DNA of 36,023 nt from a virus (taxonomy: Duplodnaviria > Caudoviricetes), in IMG/VR virus record IMGVR_UViG_3300024308_000049, positions 1 to 36,023 of that record; one strand, 5' to 3'. Position 1 is the stretch's first letter; every line of letters starts with the position of its first letter. Both the position numbers and the translations under genes were made by a program. This document shows, in pieces, positions 26,483 through 35,456 of the stretch. The notes below the pieces were generated by a model. That model saw only the letters and a program-made list of their open reading frames with translations. It ran no database searches and was not told where the DNA came from.

Positions 26483-26542
26483 TCACCCCGAACCGCAACA
26501 CAGCACCACCTAACCATCCTTACTCTGACAAGGACTACAACG

Positions 26543-27334
26543 ATGTTCGATCACAAAGCACTGGAAACCCTTAACGCCCAGGCCGTCGCAGCCGCCAACG
26601 TGCGCATTGAGCATGGCGGCAGCACCCTGGCCGTTACTCCGGCGAGCTGCACGCTCACCAATCTGGAGCCCTACCAACTCTCGCGCGACCGCTTTCGCGG
26701 CAACCTGAACACCCACTCGCTGAAAGCCTTCGCGGCCTACGTCGAGCGCCACATCGGCGGCGAAGACGACAAGGGTGCATCTGGCTTCGTCGATCAGGAC
26801 GCCATGCGCGCCACTGTCATCTTCAACCTGGGCACCCCGGACGATGCCGGCCATGGCGACGACCGCGCCACCCTCACCCTCAAGCCCACCGCTGCCTACA
26901 AGGCACTCGCCGAGGTGGTCGGCCGCTCTCTCAGCCAGCAGCAGTTGGCCGAGTTCCTCGAGGACTGGGCGCCGCACATCACCGCCATCAACGTTGTGCG
27001 TCGCATGCAGATCAAGGCCACCTCGGAGCTGAACAGCGAAGTCGGCGACATGAGCAACCGCCGCAGCGCGATGGAAGAGATCGAAGCGCGCAGCCTCGAA
27101 ACCCTGCCGACCACCTTTGTGTTCAGCACCAAGCCCTACGACCCGCTGAGCGTCGCCGACATCACCCTGCGCCTGTCGGTGATCACCGGCGACAAAGCCC
27201 CGGTGCTCAAGCTGCGCTGGGTCGGCCAGGAAGCGCAGCAAGAAGCCTTCGCCGAAGAGTTCCAGCAGGTGCTCGAAGGTGAAATCGGCGGCCTGCTGCC
27301 GCTGACCATCGGCACCTACCAGCAAGGCCACTAA
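26543..27334 (+). CDS. DUF2303 (YfdQ family) protein
   Basis: R.RFRG, VIFNLG..D.AGH.D and AEFLEDW motifs. Confidence 0.88.
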   Translation: MFDHKALETLNAQAVAAANVRIEHGGSTLAVTPASCTLTNLEPYQLSRDRFRGNLNTHSLKAFAAYVERHIGGEDDKGASGFVDQDAMRATVIFNLGTPDDAGHGDDRATLTLKPTAAYKALAEVVGRSLSQQQLAEFLEDWAPHITAINVVRRMQIKATSELNSEVGDMSNRRSAMEEIEARSLETLPTTFVFSTKPYDPLSVADITLRLSVITGDKAPVLKLRWVGQEAQQEAFAEEFQQVLEGEIGGLLPLTIGTYQQGH

Positions 27335-27397
27335 GCCCCAACTCCCTGCGCCAGAGACTCTGACCCCTGGCGCAGGGCACCAACGGAGACACAGCAC

Positions 27398-28195
27398 ATG
27401 ACCGTTTCACACATCACCCTCGCCGTTATCGGCGCGCTCGCCATCATCGCGCTGCTCGGCCTGGCCTGGCTGGCCTACGTCAACGCCGAAACCGCCCGCA
27501 CCAATGGCTATGACCAAGGCTACGGCGACGCCCGCAAGGCAGCCGCCGACTACACCACCAGCCTCGAAGGGCAACTCGCCAACTCCGTGGGCCGCTATGC
27601 CAAGGCCAAACGCGAGCATGACCAGCAACTGCAGGACGCCGACCGCCGCATCGCCATCTACGCCGGCCGCAGCTACACCCGCGACGAGCTCACCAGCATC
27701 CGCCGCGCAGCCAAACAGCTCAAGCTGGCAGCCCTGACCTACAGCCAACTCAGCACCAACCAGGTGCTGGAGCTGAGCGACCAAGCGCGCCACGCCCTCA
27801 CCGTATGCGGCGAACTGGAGCAGATCGCCCAGCGCATCGAGGATCAGCTCGAAGGCACCGCCCCGACCGCACTGCCCAATACCCAGCAAGAAGCAGAAGC
27901 CGCCCTGCTTGAAGCGGCTGCCTTCGCCGCTGGCGTACCCAACGGCAAAAGCTGGCTCGTCTACGGCCCCGAAGGCTGCGGCAAAACCACCAACGCCCAG
28001 GCCATCGCCGACGCACTCGGCCTGACGGAGATCGTTGACGACTGGCAGCCAGGCGACCCCGCGCCGATCACCAAAGCCCTGGTGCTGACCAACCACCTCG
28101 GCCCCGACTTCCCGCCCTTCTACCGCCGAGCCCTCTCGTATGAGCAGGCCATGTCGCTGGTTGCCGCCAAGGCCAAGCCGGGGGTGGCAGCATGA
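27398..28195 (+). CDS. Membrane-anchored coiled-coil protein with C-terminal P-loop domain
   Basis: N-terminal TM helix; LVYGPEGCGKTT...IVDDW. Confidence 0.7.
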   Translation: MTVSHITLAVIGALAIIALLGLAWLAYVNAETARTNGYDQGYGDARKAAADYTTSLEGQLANSVGRYAKAKREHDQQLQDADRRIAIYAGRSYTRDELTSIRRAAKQLKLAALTYSQLSTNQVLELSDQARHALTVCGELEQIAQRIEDQLEGTAPTALPNTQQEAEAALLEAAAFAAGVPNGKSWLVYGPEGCGKTTNAQAIADALGLTEIVDDWQPGDPAPITKALVLTNHLGPDFPPFYRRALSYEQAMSLVAAKAKPGVAA

Positions 28196-29367
28196 AAACC
28201 TTGTGCATCTACCACGCCAATTGCGCCGATGGCTTCGGCGCCGCCTGGGTCGTTCGCCAAGCGCTGGGCGCCGACAACGTCGAGTTTCACGCCGGCCACT
28301 ACGGCAAGCCCGCACCGGACGTCGAAGGCCGCGACGTGATCATCGTCGACTTCTCCTACCCCTATGAACTGCTGGTTCTGCTCGGCCACCAGGCCCGCTC
28401 GATCCTGATCATCGACCACCACAAGACGGCAGCCGAAGCACTGGCCCAACTGCCGCAGGCCCCCGCCAGCTTTGCAGAATGGGCGCCCTCCACCCAGCGC
28501 GTGGGCACCGTGTTTGACATGAACCGCAGCGGCGCCGGCCTCACCTGGGACTACTTCAATCCAGGCGCGCCCCGCCCTGCCCTGATCAACCACATCGAGG
28601 ACCGCGACCTCTGGCGCTTCAAGCTGGAGGGCACGCGCGAGATCCAGGCCAACCTGTTCAGCTACCCCTACGACTTCGAGGTATGGGACGCGCTGATGAA
28701 CACGCTGACTAGCCAGCTACTGGCGGACGGCAAGGCCATCGAGCGCAAGCACCACAAAGACGTGGCCGAGCTGGTGGCGGGCAGCAAGCGCCGCATGGTC
28801 ATCGCCGGGTTTGACGTGCCGGTAGCGAACCTGCCCTACATCCACTCCAGCGATGCCGGACACCTGATGGCCATCGGCGAACCCTTCGCCGCCTGCTATC
28901 AGGACACCAGCGAGCACCGCTACTTCTCCCTGCGCAGCCATGATCAAGGGCTGGATGTTGGCGAGATCGCCAAGCGATACGGCGGCGGTGGCCACCGCAA
29001 CGCGGCCGGCTTCAAGGTGCCGTTCGATCATGAGCTGGCATGCTTTGCCACAGCCCGGATACTGACCTGTGTCTACTGCGGCCACGAGTACCCGCAGGAC
29101 ACCCCAGCCGCTGGCGACCAGGTGCTGACTGACCATATCCGCACCTGCGCCAAGCACCCGATGCGCGAGGCGCAGCAGGCCATTGCGAAGCTGCATTCAG
29201 CGCTCGCCGGGCTGGTTGGCGAATCGACTCCCCAAGGTCTTTCCCAGTTGGAAGTGGGCTTGAAACTGGTGCCGATGCCGGCAACAGAGAAAGCCCTCAT
29301 GAGCGCCGCCATCCAGGCTCTGCGCGACACCGCCGGGCTCATCACCGCCACGGAGGTGCAGCCATGA
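28192..29367 (+). CDS. DHH/DHHA1 phosphoesterase with C-terminal zinc-finger extension
   Basis: YH..CADG, IVDF, IDHH, SLRS and GGGGHRNAAG motifs; CVYC...HIRTC tail. Confidence 0.9.
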   Translation: MKTLCIYHANCADGFGAAWVVRQALGADNVEFHAGHYGKPAPDVEGRDVIIVDFSYPYELLVLLGHQARSILIIDHHKTAAEALAQLPQAPASFAEWAPSTQRVGTVFDMNRSGAGLTWDYFNPGAPRPALINHIEDRDLWRFKLEGTREIQANLFSYPYDFEVWDALMNTLTSQLLADGKAIERKHHKDVAELVAGSKRRMVIAGFDVPVANLPYIHSSDAGHLMAIGEPFAACYQDTSEHRYFSLRSHDQGLDVGEIAKRYGGGGHRNAAGFKVPFDHELACFATARILTCVYCGHEYPQDTPAAGDQVLTDHIRTCAKHPMREAQQAIAKLHSALAGLVGESTPQGLSQLEVGLKLVPMPATEKALMSAAIQALRDTAGLITATEVQP

Positions 29368-29942
29368 GCTGGATTCTCACCCGCAGCGGCCGGAAGTTCG
29401 ACCTGGCCAACCCCACCGCCGACATGGTGGACCCGACCGATATCGCCCACAGCCTGAGCATGCAGTGCCGCTTCAACGGCCACACCCGCCACTTCTACAG
29501 CGTGGCCCAACACTGCTATCTGGTGTCCGACCTGGTGCCGGCCGAGTACCGCCTGGAAGCGCTGCTGCACGACGCCACCGAAGCCTACGTGGGCGATCTG
29601 GTGCGCCCGCTCAAGGAAGGCATGCGCGAGTTCTACGAGTGCCAGAACCTCGAATCACTCTACGACGCAGTAGAGCGCCGGGTCTGGATCGCCATCTGCG
29701 CACGATTCGACCTCGACCCCATCCTGCCGGACTGCGTGAAGCACGCCGATCTGGTAGCGCTGGCCACCGAAAAGCGCGACCTGATGCCCGAGCACCCGGA
29801 GCCCTGGCCATGCCTCGAAGGCATCGAACCCATCCCCCAGTTCATCGACCCCTGGCAGCCCAGCACGGCAGCCATCCACTACCACGGCCGCCTGCTCGAA
29901 CTGCTGGCCACCACTCACCGGCGGAGGGGCAATCATGGCTGA
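29364..29942 (+). CDS. HD-domain 5'-deoxynucleotidase-like protein (YfbR/YfdR family)
   Basis: RFNGH...YSVAQH...LLHDATEAYVGD...P.K. Confidence 0.9.
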   Translation: MSWILTRSGRKFDLANPTADMVDPTDIAHSLSMQCRFNGHTRHFYSVAQHCYLVSDLVPAEYRLEALLHDATEAYVGDLVRPLKEGMREFYECQNLESLYDAVERRVWIAICARFDLDPILPDCVKHADLVALATEKRDLMPEHPEPWPCLEGIEPIPQFIDPWQPSTAAIHYHGRLLELLATTHRRRGNHG

Positions 29943-31092
29943 CCGCACTGGGATTGAATGGACCGACGCGACATGGAACCCGATCAGGGGCTGCTCGCGT
30001 GTCTCGGAGGGCTGCCGGCACTGCTACGCAGAAGGCCAGGCAGCCCGCATCATCGCCATGGACCGCGGCCGAGGCGGCGCCGATGGCAAAGGCAGCTACG
30101 ACGGACTGCTTGCCAAGGGCGGCCAATGGAACGGGAAGGTGCGGAAGGTTCCTGAGCTGCTGGATCAGCCGCTGCGCTGGACCAAGCCGCGCCTGATCTT
30201 CGTCAACAGTATGTCGGACCTGTTCCACGAGGACGTGCCGTTCGAATTCGTCGCCGCCGTGTTCGGCGCCATGTCGCATGCACGCCAGCACACCTTCCAA
30301 GTGCTTACGAAGCGCCCCGCACGCATGCTCGAGTTCTTCACCTGGCTGCCTCAGCAGACGTCGCACAAGGAGGCCTGGGTCGCTACCGTGAACCAGGCAG
30401 AGTTCGTCTGCGGCGAAGATAGGGGGCGGCGTGGTTCCGAGAATGCAGCCGTCGAGGCCTGTGCCAGCGCTGCGTACTACAAGCGCGAGCAGATCGCGGC
30501 AGGTCGAAGCCTGCCACATAGCTTCTGGCCGAAATGGCCGCTGCAGAATGTCTGGATCGGCGTCAGCATCGAGGACCAGGCCGCCGCTGATGAGCGCATT
30601 CCGCTGTTGCTGGAGGTTCCGGCCGCCGTGCGGTGGCTGAGCATGGAGCCGCTGCTGGCGCCTGTCGACCTGTCGCGCTGGCTTGAGCTGGGAAGCCTGG
30701 ATACAGACCGGGGTTTGTCAAACCCAGGAATCGACTGGGTGGTAGTAGGCGGCGAATCAGGACCGAAGGCGAGGCCGATGCATCCCCAGTGGGCACGCGA
30801 CCTGCGCGACCAGTGCTCATTGGCCGGCGTACCCTTCCTGTTCAAGCAATGGGGCGAGTGGGCTCCAGGCGAATGCGTCACCCGGAATAGCGGCGTGGTT
30901 CCTACTGCGTCTCTGAGCTGGGAATGGCAATTCAGCACCGAAAACCTCGCACGCGAAGGCGGCCACGTCGACGACGAGCCCGACCTGTACCGCATCGGAA
31001 AGCGTAATGCCGGGCGCCTGCTCGACGGCGTACAGCACGACGGCTATCCGGTGTCCGACCTGGCTATTCGCACGGAGGCGACCCAGCCATGA
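29935..31092 (+). CDS. Phage Gp37/Gp68 (DUF5131) family protein
   Basis: IEWTDATWNP..GC..VS.GC.HCYA, FVNSMSDLFH, LTKRP, EPLL, GGESG and FKQWG motifs. Confidence 0.92.
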   Translation: MADRTGIEWTDATWNPIRGCSRVSEGCRHCYAEGQAARIIAMDRGRGGADGKGSYDGLLAKGGQWNGKVRKVPELLDQPLRWTKPRLIFVNSMSDLFHEDVPFEFVAAVFGAMSHARQHTFQVLTKRPARMLEFFTWLPQQTSHKEAWVATVNQAEFVCGEDRGRRGSENAAVEACASAAYYKREQIAAGRSLPHSFWPKWPLQNVWIGVSIEDQAAADERIPLLLEVPAAVRWLSMEPLLAPVDLSRWLELGSLDTDRGLSNPGIDWVVVGGESGPKARPMHPQWARDLRDQCSLAGVPFLFKQWGEWAPGECVTRNSGVVPTASLSWEWQFSTENLAREGGHVDDEPDLYRIGKRNAGRLLDGVQHDGYPVSDLAIRTEATQP

Positions 31093-32876
31093 CCGCCACC
31101 ACCTACCGCATCCACCCACAACCCAGCTTCAACTTCGGCGGCTTGGTGATCGACAACTTCGCCGGCGGCGGCGGCGCATCCACCGGCATTGAAATGGCCC
31201 TGGGCCGGCCGGTGGATATCGCCATCAACCACGACCCCGAAGCGATCGCCATGCACGAGATCAACCACCCGCACACCAAGCACTACTGCGAGAGCGTGTG
31301 GGAGGTCGACCCGCGCGAGATCACTGGCGGGCGACCCGTCGACCTCTGCTGGTTCAGCCCGGATTGCAAGCACTTCAGCAAGGCCAAGGGCGGCAAGCCG
31401 GTGAAGAAAGAGATTCGCGGCCTGGCCTGGGTGGCCATCCGCTACGCCGCCACCGTGCGCCCGCGCGTCATCATGCTGGAGAACGTCGAAGAGTTCGTCA
31501 CCTGGGGCCCACTGGCCGAAGGCCGCCCATGCCCTAAGAACAAGGGCCGTACCTTCAAAAGCTTCGTCAACGCCCTGCGCCGCCACGGCTACCAGGTCGA
31601 GTGGCGCGAGCTGCGCGCCAACCAGTTCGGCGCCGCCACCATCCGCAAGCGCCTGTTCCTGATCGCCCGTTGCGACGGCCAGCCCATCGTCTGGCCAAGC
31701 CCGACGCACCTGGCAGCCGCCAGTGCCGAGGTCAAGGCCAAGCAGGCCAAGCCGCAGCGCCTGGCCGCCGATATCATCGACTGGTCGCTGCCCTGCCCGT
31801 CGATTTTCACCCGCAAAAAGCCCCTGGCCGAGGCCACCCTGCGCCGCATCGCCCAGGGCATTCAGCGCTATGTGATCGATGCGGCAGAGCCCTTTCTGGT
31901 CAAGGTCAACCATGGCTATGACTATTTCCGTGGCCAACCCCTGGACGAACCGCTGCAGACCATCACCAGCAAGCTGGGCACCGGCCTGGTAGTGCCGACC
32001 CTGGCCCCCTTCATCACCGAACACGCCAACGCCAGCACCCAGCGCAACATGCCAGTGGAAGCCCCACTGCGCACCATCTGCGCCCAGGTCAAGGGCGGCC
32101 ACTTCGCCGTGGTTGCCCCCACCTTGGTGCAGCTCGGCTATGGCGAGCGCCCAGGCCAGGCGCCACGCGCGCCCGGGCTGGACAAGCCACTGGGTACCGT
32201 AGTGGCCGGCGGCGGCAAGCATGGCCTGGTGGCGGCTTTCCTCGCCAAGCACTACGGCGGCAACTACACAGGCCCAGGCGCCTCACTGGACGAGCCGGCA
32301 CCAACCGTAACGACGGTGGACCATAACGCCCTGGTGCTCGCCCACATCCAGCGCGACTTCGGCGCAAGCGTTGGCCATGCTGCTGACGAACCACTGGGCA
32401 CCGTGACCGCCGGCGGCGGCGGAAAATCCGCACTGGTCGCCAGCAGCTTGATCAAGCTACGCGGCACCAGCCGCGACGGCCAGCCCGCGACCGAGCCACT
32501 GCACACCGTCACCGCATCTGGAAACCACCTCGGCGAAGTGCGCGCCTTCCTGCTCAAGTACTACGAGCACGGTACCGGCCAGTCCCTGACCGAGCCCCTG
32601 CACACCATCACCACCAAGCACCGCCTGGGCTTGGTGATGGTCAAGGGCGAGCCCTACCAGATCGTCGATATCGGCATGCGCATGCTGGAGCCCCACGAGC
32701 TCTACGCCGCCCAGGGCTTCCCGGCCAACTACATCCACGACCGCACCATAAGCGGCAAGCGCCTGAGTAAAGCCAGCCAGGTACGCATGTGCGGCAACAG
32801 CGTCTGCCCACCCGTCGCCGCCGCCCTGGTGCGCGCCAACCTCGTGGAGCAGCAGCAGAGCGAGGTGGCGGCATGA
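31089..32876 (+). CDS. Orphan DNA cytosine-C5 methyltransferase with large repetitive insert
   Basis: FAGGGG, SPDC, ENV, R.RLF and GNSV motifs; repeated PLxT(V/I)T units. Confidence 0.92.
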   Translation: MTATTYRIHPQPSFNFGGLVIDNFAGGGGASTGIEMALGRPVDIAINHDPEAIAMHEINHPHTKHYCESVWEVDPREITGGRPVDLCWFSPDCKHFSKAKGGKPVKKEIRGLAWVAIRYAATVRPRVIMLENVEEFVTWGPLAEGRPCPKNKGRTFKSFVNALRRHGYQVEWRELRANQFGAATIRKRLFLIARCDGQPIVWPSPTHLAAASAEVKAKQAKPQRLAADIIDWSLPCPSIFTRKKPLAEATLRRIAQGIQRYVIDAAEPFLVKVNHGYDYFRGQPLDEPLQTITSKLGTGLVVPTLAPFITEHANASTQRNMPVEAPLRTICAQVKGGHFAVVAPTLVQLGYGERPGQAPRAPGLDKPLGTVVAGGGKHGLVAAFLAKHYGGNYTGPGASLDEPAPTVTTVDHNALVLAHIQRDFGASVGHAADEPLGTVTAGGGGKSALVASSLIKLRGTSRDGQPATEPLHTVTASGNHLGEVRAFLLKYYEHGTGQSLTEPLHTITTKHRLGLVMVKGEPYQIVDIGMRMLEPHELYAAQGFPANYIHDRTISGKRLSKASQVRMCGNSVCPPVAAALVRANLVEQQQSEVAA

Positions 32877-33193
32877 GCCAGCTCGAACTATTCACCGCCC
32901 AGCGTCAGGCCATTGCATCCAGGCACGAACCCTACGCCCCCTTCGACAGCACCAAGGCCCGCCAGATCATCCTCAGCCGCCTGCTGAAAGCCGGCGGCGC
33001 CTGGATTCGCCGCAGGGAGTTGCGCAAGGCCACCGGCATGCGCCCTGCTCACGTCAGCAGTGTGCTGCGCGAGCTGAACTGCGCGGGAGTGATTGAGCGC
33101 ACCGACACACTGCCCATCGTCCACCCTATGCATGGCCACATGGGGCAGACCACCGGGTACCGTATTCGTCAGCCCTTGCAGGTGACGGCATGA
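32873..33193 (+). CDS. Winged-helix HTH protein
   Basis: ATG 32873 overlapping the MTase stop; RRELRKATGMRPAHVSSVLREL...GVIER. Confidence 0.7.
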   Translation: MSQLELFTAQRQAIASRHEPYAPFDSTKARQIILSRLLKAGGAWIRRRELRKATGMRPAHVSSVLRELNCAGVIERTDTLPIVHPMHGHMGQTTGYRIRQPLQVTA

Positions 33194-33357
33194 CCAACCT
33201 CAGGCGCATTACCACACCGAACGGTGCCCCACTGCAGAACCTCGAACTGCCGTCTCGCTGCGACCAGTGCGGCAACCCGCGCAACAAGGGCAACCACCGG
33301 CGCTGCTCGCAACGCCGGCAGGCACTCAACAAGCACAAATGGATGGGCAGGCCATGA
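33190..33357 (+). CDS. 55-aa Cys/His zinc-binding hypothetical protein
   Basis: Translated by hand (CDQCGNPRNKGNHRRCS); ATGA overlaps on both sides. Confidence 0.7.
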   Translation: MTNLRRITTPNGAPLQNLELPSRCDQCGNPRNKGNHRRCSQRRQALNKHKWMGRP

Positions 33358-33659
33358 GTTGCACCATCATGTACATCACCAACGCCCAGCCCGGGCAGGA
33401 TGCCCGCGCTCATAAGCGCGGTCGGATCCCGCACAAGCCGGTGCAGTGGCAGGCCAGCGTCTGGATGATCGCTCCAGGCGGCGAGAAGACCACCCACTCC
33501 ATCACCGTCCCGGCATGCACCGCACAGGATCTGATCCCCGCCATCGGTGACCGCATCGATGACCTGGCGCGCGAGAACGGCCAGCTCTGCGTCCAGTTCG
33601 GCTGGACGGCAAGCGCCCACGGCGGCGTGAAGAAGAATCGCAAGGGAGGAAAGCGCTGA
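33354..33659 (+). CDS. Hypothetical protein (MSCTIMYIT...)
   Basis: Coupled to both neighbours. Confidence 0.65.
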   Translation: MSCTIMYITNAQPGQDARAHKRGRIPHKPVQWQASVWMIAPGGEKTTHSITVPACTAQDLIPAIGDRIDDLARENGQLCVQFGWTASAHGGVKKNRKGGKR

Positions 33660-33862
33660 TGTTCCTCACAGAGTCTGAACTGCAAATCCTCTCCGGCAAG
33701 GTGAAGCCCAGCGCCCAGGTGCGCTGTCTCAAGTCTGAGAAGATCGCCCACATCATCGGCCTGGCATGGCTCGCCATCCCCGCCGAAATAACCCTCACCG
33801 AAGCCCAAGCCGAGGGCGTCTTCGACGCCTTCGGCGCCTGGCGGGCAAAGGAGGCAGCATGA
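33659..33862 (+). CDS. DUF4224-like small protein, possibly chimeric
   Basis: MFLTESELQILSG...AQVRCL N-terminus. Confidence 0.55.
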   Translation: MFLTESELQILSGKVKPSAQVRCLKSEKIAHIIGLAWLAIPAEITLTEAQAEGVFDAFGAWRAKEAA

Positions 33863-34182
33863 GCGAACCCATCAATCAACTGCCCGAGGACCAGGGCAGC
33901 CTGCTCGCTGCCCTGCAGGATCTGGTCGCCCAGCTCAAGCGCCCGCAGGTGCCGGCCGAGGATCAGCTATGGACCGCCGAGGACATCGCCGACTACCTCA
34001 AGCTGGCGGTCGACACCACAGAGCGTCGCGTCGTGACCCGGCCGGACTTCCCCGCGCCGCTGCAGCCATGCGATACCGGCCCGCGCGCGGCCAAGCGCTG
34101 GTTTGCCGTCGACGTGCGCGCATGGGCCAGGAAGAACGCCTCGAAAATTCCCACCGGCAGGGCCGCCCGCAAAGCCGCTTGA
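33859..34182 (+). CDS. Excisionase/AlpA-like recombination directionality factor
   Basis: AGGAGG RBS; LWTAEDIADYL...PDFPAP...KRWFAVDVRAWA; convergent with the integrase. Confidence 0.75.
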   Translation: MSEPINQLPEDQGSLLAALQDLVAQLKRPQVPAEDQLWTAEDIADYLKLAVDTTERRVVTRPDFPAPLQPCDTGPRAAKRWFAVDVRAWARKNASKIPTGRAARKAA

Positions 34183-35181
34183 TCAATCCAACCGACCGGC
34201 CACCTCGGTGGCCGTGGCGTTGTAGTACACCATCAACGAACGTGGATCACGGTGCCCGGTCATCCGGGCCAGATCCAGCACATCGAGCTTCCTGGCCAGT
34301 CGCGTCGTGGCCTCATGCCGGGTATCGTGAAAACGCAGGTCGTTGATCTCCAGCCGGTCCCGCACCTTCCTGAACAACGCATCAGCGTTGGCCGAGCTGA
34401 CTGTGAAGAGATTGTCCCTCCCCTCGGCCGCATCGAGCAGGATCTGCAGCAGCTGCACCGCGCGCTTGGTCAGCGGTACGTTGCGCGCGTCACCGTTCTT
34501 GGTCTTGGCCAGGCGCACATAGCGATCAGCAAGCCGAGTGGCAGGCTTGGTCAGCCCCAGGATCTCGCCCTGGCGCATTGCCGTTTCCAGGGCGATCAGG
34601 AAGGCATAGGCCACTTCTTGCGTTTTGGTGGTGGGCGGCTGCCCTTCTACATAGCCCATGCCATCGAGCAGGGCCTTTTCTTCCTCGGCGCTGATGCGTC
34701 GATCACGCGGCCGGTTGTTGCCGGGGCGCTTCACCTCGCGCACCGGGTTATGCCGGCACCACTTCCACTCGGTGCGCGCCTGCTCGAACACGCTAGACAG
34801 CAACGTCATCTCGCGCCGCACGCTCGGGCCTTCCACCAGCTTCAGCCGGGCATCACGCCACTCGGCGATCTGGTCCGCCGTCACGTCGCCCAGGCGCTCG
34901 CCGACGAACTCCAGTTCATTGAGCAGCTTGTCTAGGCGCACTTCCTCCCAGCGCTTGCCCTCCTTGGTCGGCGTCACCTCAGCCTTGTACCGGCCGATGG
35001 CATCTGCCAGAGTGGAATTGCTGCCGGACGAATGGCCAGGGATCGCGGCCAGAATCTCGGCCTCGCGCTGAGTCGCCCAGGCCACCGCCTGAGCCTTGGT
35101 CGGGAAGGTCTGAGACTCCCGCACACCGCGCTTTACGATCTCAGCCCGCCAGCCCCCGCTACGCTTCCTGTACGACGCCAC
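34183..35181 (-). CDS. int: Tyrosine integrase (Rci/HP1-like type)
   Basis: GTG 35181 (MASYRKRSGGWRAEI); catalytic R (TAMRQGE), K (KTKNG), HDTR, GH and Y (VYY). Confidence 0.95.
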   Translation of the reverse strand: MASYRKRSGGWRAEIVKRGVRESQTFPTKAQAVAWATQREAEILAAIPGHSSGSNSTLADAIGRYKAEVTPTKEGKRWEEVRLDKLLNELEFVGERLGDVTADQIAEWRDARLKLVEGPSVRREMTLLSSVFEQARTEWKWCRHNPVREVKRPGNNRPRDRRISAEEEKALLDGMGYVEGQPPTTKTQEVAYAFLIALETAMRQGEILGLTKPATRLADRYVRLAKTKNGDARNVPLTKRAVQLLQILLDAAEGRDNLFTVSSANADALFRKVRDRLEINDLRFHDTRHEATTRLARKLDVLDLARMTGHRDPRSLMVYYNATATEVAGRLD

Positions 35182-35336
35182 GCCCGCCCCCCCTGTTTGG
35201 CGTAATTTTGGCGTAAACACTAACACGTAACTGCCCGAAACTGCCCCGACCTGCGGCATAGCAAAACGGCGAAACCCTTCTAATACGGGGCTTGCACGGA
35301 ACTGGCAGAAACTGCCGCTAACTGCCACTCTACTTA

Positions 35337-35356
35337 GAGTCTCCCCCGGGGCACCA
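35337..35356 (+). other. att core = 3' fragment of a tRNA (probably tRNA-Leu CAA)
   Basis: GAGTCTCCCCCGGGGCACCA reads as T-loop end, T-stem 3' strand, acceptor strand and CCA; no 5' half present. Isotype recalled from Pseudomonas tRNA-Leu. Confidence 0.75.
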
Positions 35357-35367
35357 CGAAACAAACG

Positions 35368-35396
35368 AAAGGCCTTGATTTTCAAGGCCTTTTTTT
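35368..35396 (+). terminator. tRNA-type intrinsic terminator after the att core
   Basis: AAAGGCCTTGA-tttt-CAAGGCCTTT followed by a T-run. Confidence 0.88.
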
Positions 35397-35456
35397 ATGC
35401 CTGGCGTAATCTTGGCGTAACGACTTTACAGCCTGGCGCTGGCAAATCGCAGGCAC

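Larger units (their letters stand above)
35196..35420. other. Attachment site region, attP-like: arm repeats, 10-bp phased repeats, and tRNA 3'-end core
   Basis: TGGCGTAA pairs at 35198/35209 and 35402/35413; AACTG(C/G)C at 35229, 35239, 35300, 35310, 35320; core at 35337-35356. Confidence 0.8.

Noticed and set aside
35280-35356. Complete tRNA gene
   Set aside because: Only the last 20 nt are tRNA-like; no D-arm, anticodon arm or GTTC upstream.
35182-35385. N-terminal 68-aa extension of the integrase in the ORF track
   Set aside because: It crosses the att core and arm sites; GTG 35181 gives the typical MASYRKR start.
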